A DNA stretch of 15,785 bases, taken from positions 1-15,785 of the forward strand of contig JAZDMQ010000046.1 of the NCBI GenBank assembly GCA_043800755.1, written 5' to 3'. Positions 14,619-15,785 of this stretch are shown here, piece by piece. Origin of the DNA: a bacterium (GTDB lineage: Bacteria; Methylomirabilota; Methylomirabilia; CAVQYV01). The position numbers and the translations under genes were made by a program. Below the pieces are notes generated by a model that saw only the letters and a list, made by a program, of their open reading frames with translations, did not search any database and was not told the origin of the DNA. Positions within the stretch are counted from its first letter, which is position 1. The number at the start of each line of letters is the position of its first letter.

Positions 14619-15695
14619 TCATCGGTGGTCTGATGCGATAAACTCCTCCAGCATGGAGAGGGCCTGGGCATCAGGATATTGAAGGGGCGGCGATTTCATG
14701 TAGTAAGCCGAGGGGGCGAGCAGGGCACCCTTTAGCCCGCGATCGAGGCCGATCTTACAGCAGCGCACGGCGTCGATCACGATTCCTGCCGCATTGGGCG
14801 AATCCCAGACTTCTAACTTCAACTCCAGGTGGACCGGGGCATCCCCGAACGATCGTCCCTCCATGCGGATGTAGGCCCATTTCCGATCCTGAAGCCAGGG
14901 GACATAGTCGCTGGGACCAATATGCACATCGGAGGGGTCCAAGGGGTGGCCCAGCTGCGAGAGCACGGCAGCGGTCTTGGAGATCTTCTTCGATTCCAGG
15001 CGAGACCGCTCCAGCATGTTATAAAAATCCATATTTCCCCCCACATTCAACTGGGAGGTATGCTCCAACCTCACGCCTCTCTCCGAGAAGAGTCGGGCGA
15101 GTTGGCGATGGAGGATGGTTGCCCCGAGCTGGGACTTGATGTCATCCCCGATCAACGGGAGTCCGGCTCGCTCAAACTTCTTCCGCCAACCCTCTTGCCG
15201 GGCGATGAAGACCGGGATGCAGTTGACCAAGCCGCAGCCGGCCTCCATCGCGCGGCTGGCATACCACTCCGTTGCCCTTTCTGAGCCCACTGGCAGGAAA
15301 TTGACCACCACCTCGATCTGGTTCGCACGCAGGGCTTTGGCCAGATCGGCCGGCTCGTCGGAGGCCACCTCGATCTTCTGGGAGAGATATTCTCCCAACC
15401 CATCCAGGGGATTTCCCATTAGAACCTTCACTCCGATCTCGCCCAGGGACGCGAATTTGATGGTATTGTTGGGGGGACAGAAGATCGCCTCGCCCAGGTC
15501 TTTTCCCACCTTGTTCCTGTCCACATCGACCGCCACGCAGAATTCGATATCGGCAACGCGATATTCGCCCAACCGGGGATGGATCAGTCCCGGGATCATC
15601 TCCCCTTCGTGCGAATCCCGGTAGAAATGACAACCCTGAACCAGGGAGGAGGCGCAATTTCCTATACCGATGAGGGCCACCTTGACCTTTCCCAA
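14619..15695 (-). CDS. ino1: myo-inositol-1-phosphate synthase (inositol-3-phosphate synthase)
   Basis: GIGNCASSLVQG, NFLPVGS, VNCIPVFIA, IGDDIKSQLGAT, QLNVGGNMDF, SKKISKT, HIGPSDY, VWDSPNAAG, YMKSPP. TTG start with SD AAAGGAG. Confidence 0.96.
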   Translation of the reverse strand: MGKVKVALIGIGNCASSLVQGCHFYRDSHEGEMIPGLIHPRLGEYRVADIEFCVAVDVDRNKVGKDLGEAIFCPPNNTIKFASLGEIGVKVLMGNPLDGLGEYLSQKIEVASDEPADLAKALRANQIEVVVNFLPVGSERATEWYASRAMEAGCGLVNCIPVFIARQEGWRKKFERAGLPLIGDDIKSQLGATILHRQLARLFSERGVRLEHTSQLNVGGNMDFYNMLERSRLESKKISKTAAVLSQLGHPLDPSDVHIGPSDYVPWLQDRKWAYIRMEGRSFGDAPVHLELKLEVWDSPNAAGIVIDAVRCCKIGLDRGLKGALLAPSAYYMKSPPLQYPDAQALSMLEEFIASDHR

Positions 15696-15743
15696 AGAAT
15701 GCTCCTTTCTGAAGCTTGCAGATGAAGTACCTTTTCCTGCGTC

Positions 15744-15772
15744 TAATTATCAAAAGGAAGAAGAGGTGTCAA
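15744..15772 (-). promoter_or_regulatory. Candidate sigma70 promoter of the ino1 operon
   Basis: Perfect -35 TTGACA (15772-15767) followed by GATAATTA. The -10 is imperfect (GATAAT at 15-bp spacing or TAATTA at 17-bp spacing). Confidence 0.5.
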
Positions 15773-15785
15773 CCGCAATCCTCCC

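Noticed and set aside
12353..14671. N-terminal extensions of the PIG-L (12589), GT4 (13721) and GNAT (14671) ORFs
   Set aside because: Each extension overlaps the upstream gene, and a downstream start fits family length better.
5947..15753. Numerous long + strand and alternate-frame ORFs (e.g. 5947-7101, 7504-8289, 10601-11587, 11894-12601, 15172-15753)
   Set aside because: They are shadows of well-supported minus-strand genes in GC-rich DNA and carry no family motifs.

Overview
A GC-rich prokaryotic (bacterial-looking) window in which every supported gene is on the minus strand. The right part (6013-15695) is housekeeping or metabolic. It holds ino1, a CelD/BcsL-type GNAT, an MshA-like GT4 glycosyltransferase, a PIG-L deacetylase, a DAG-kinase-family lipid kinase, alr, an M50 protease, and then recD2 with its own candidate sigma70 promoter. 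The left part (1-6012) looks like an accessory region built onto the 3' end of recD2. A 577-bp hicB-hicA unit is bracketed by two copies of the recD2 3' end that encode the same 28 residues but differ at 13 positions, all synonymous. Beyond it lie an AT-rich remnant of a SIR2-like gene, a short unknown ORF, and a phospho-signalling trio: an FHA/Zn-ribbon Ser/Thr kinase, a PP2C phosphatase, and a non-RD Ser/Thr kinase. The non-RD kinase carries eight 141-bp TPR-like repeats, runs off the left edge, and is missing from the supplied ORF track. All calls come from manual translation and motif recognition; no database searches were run.
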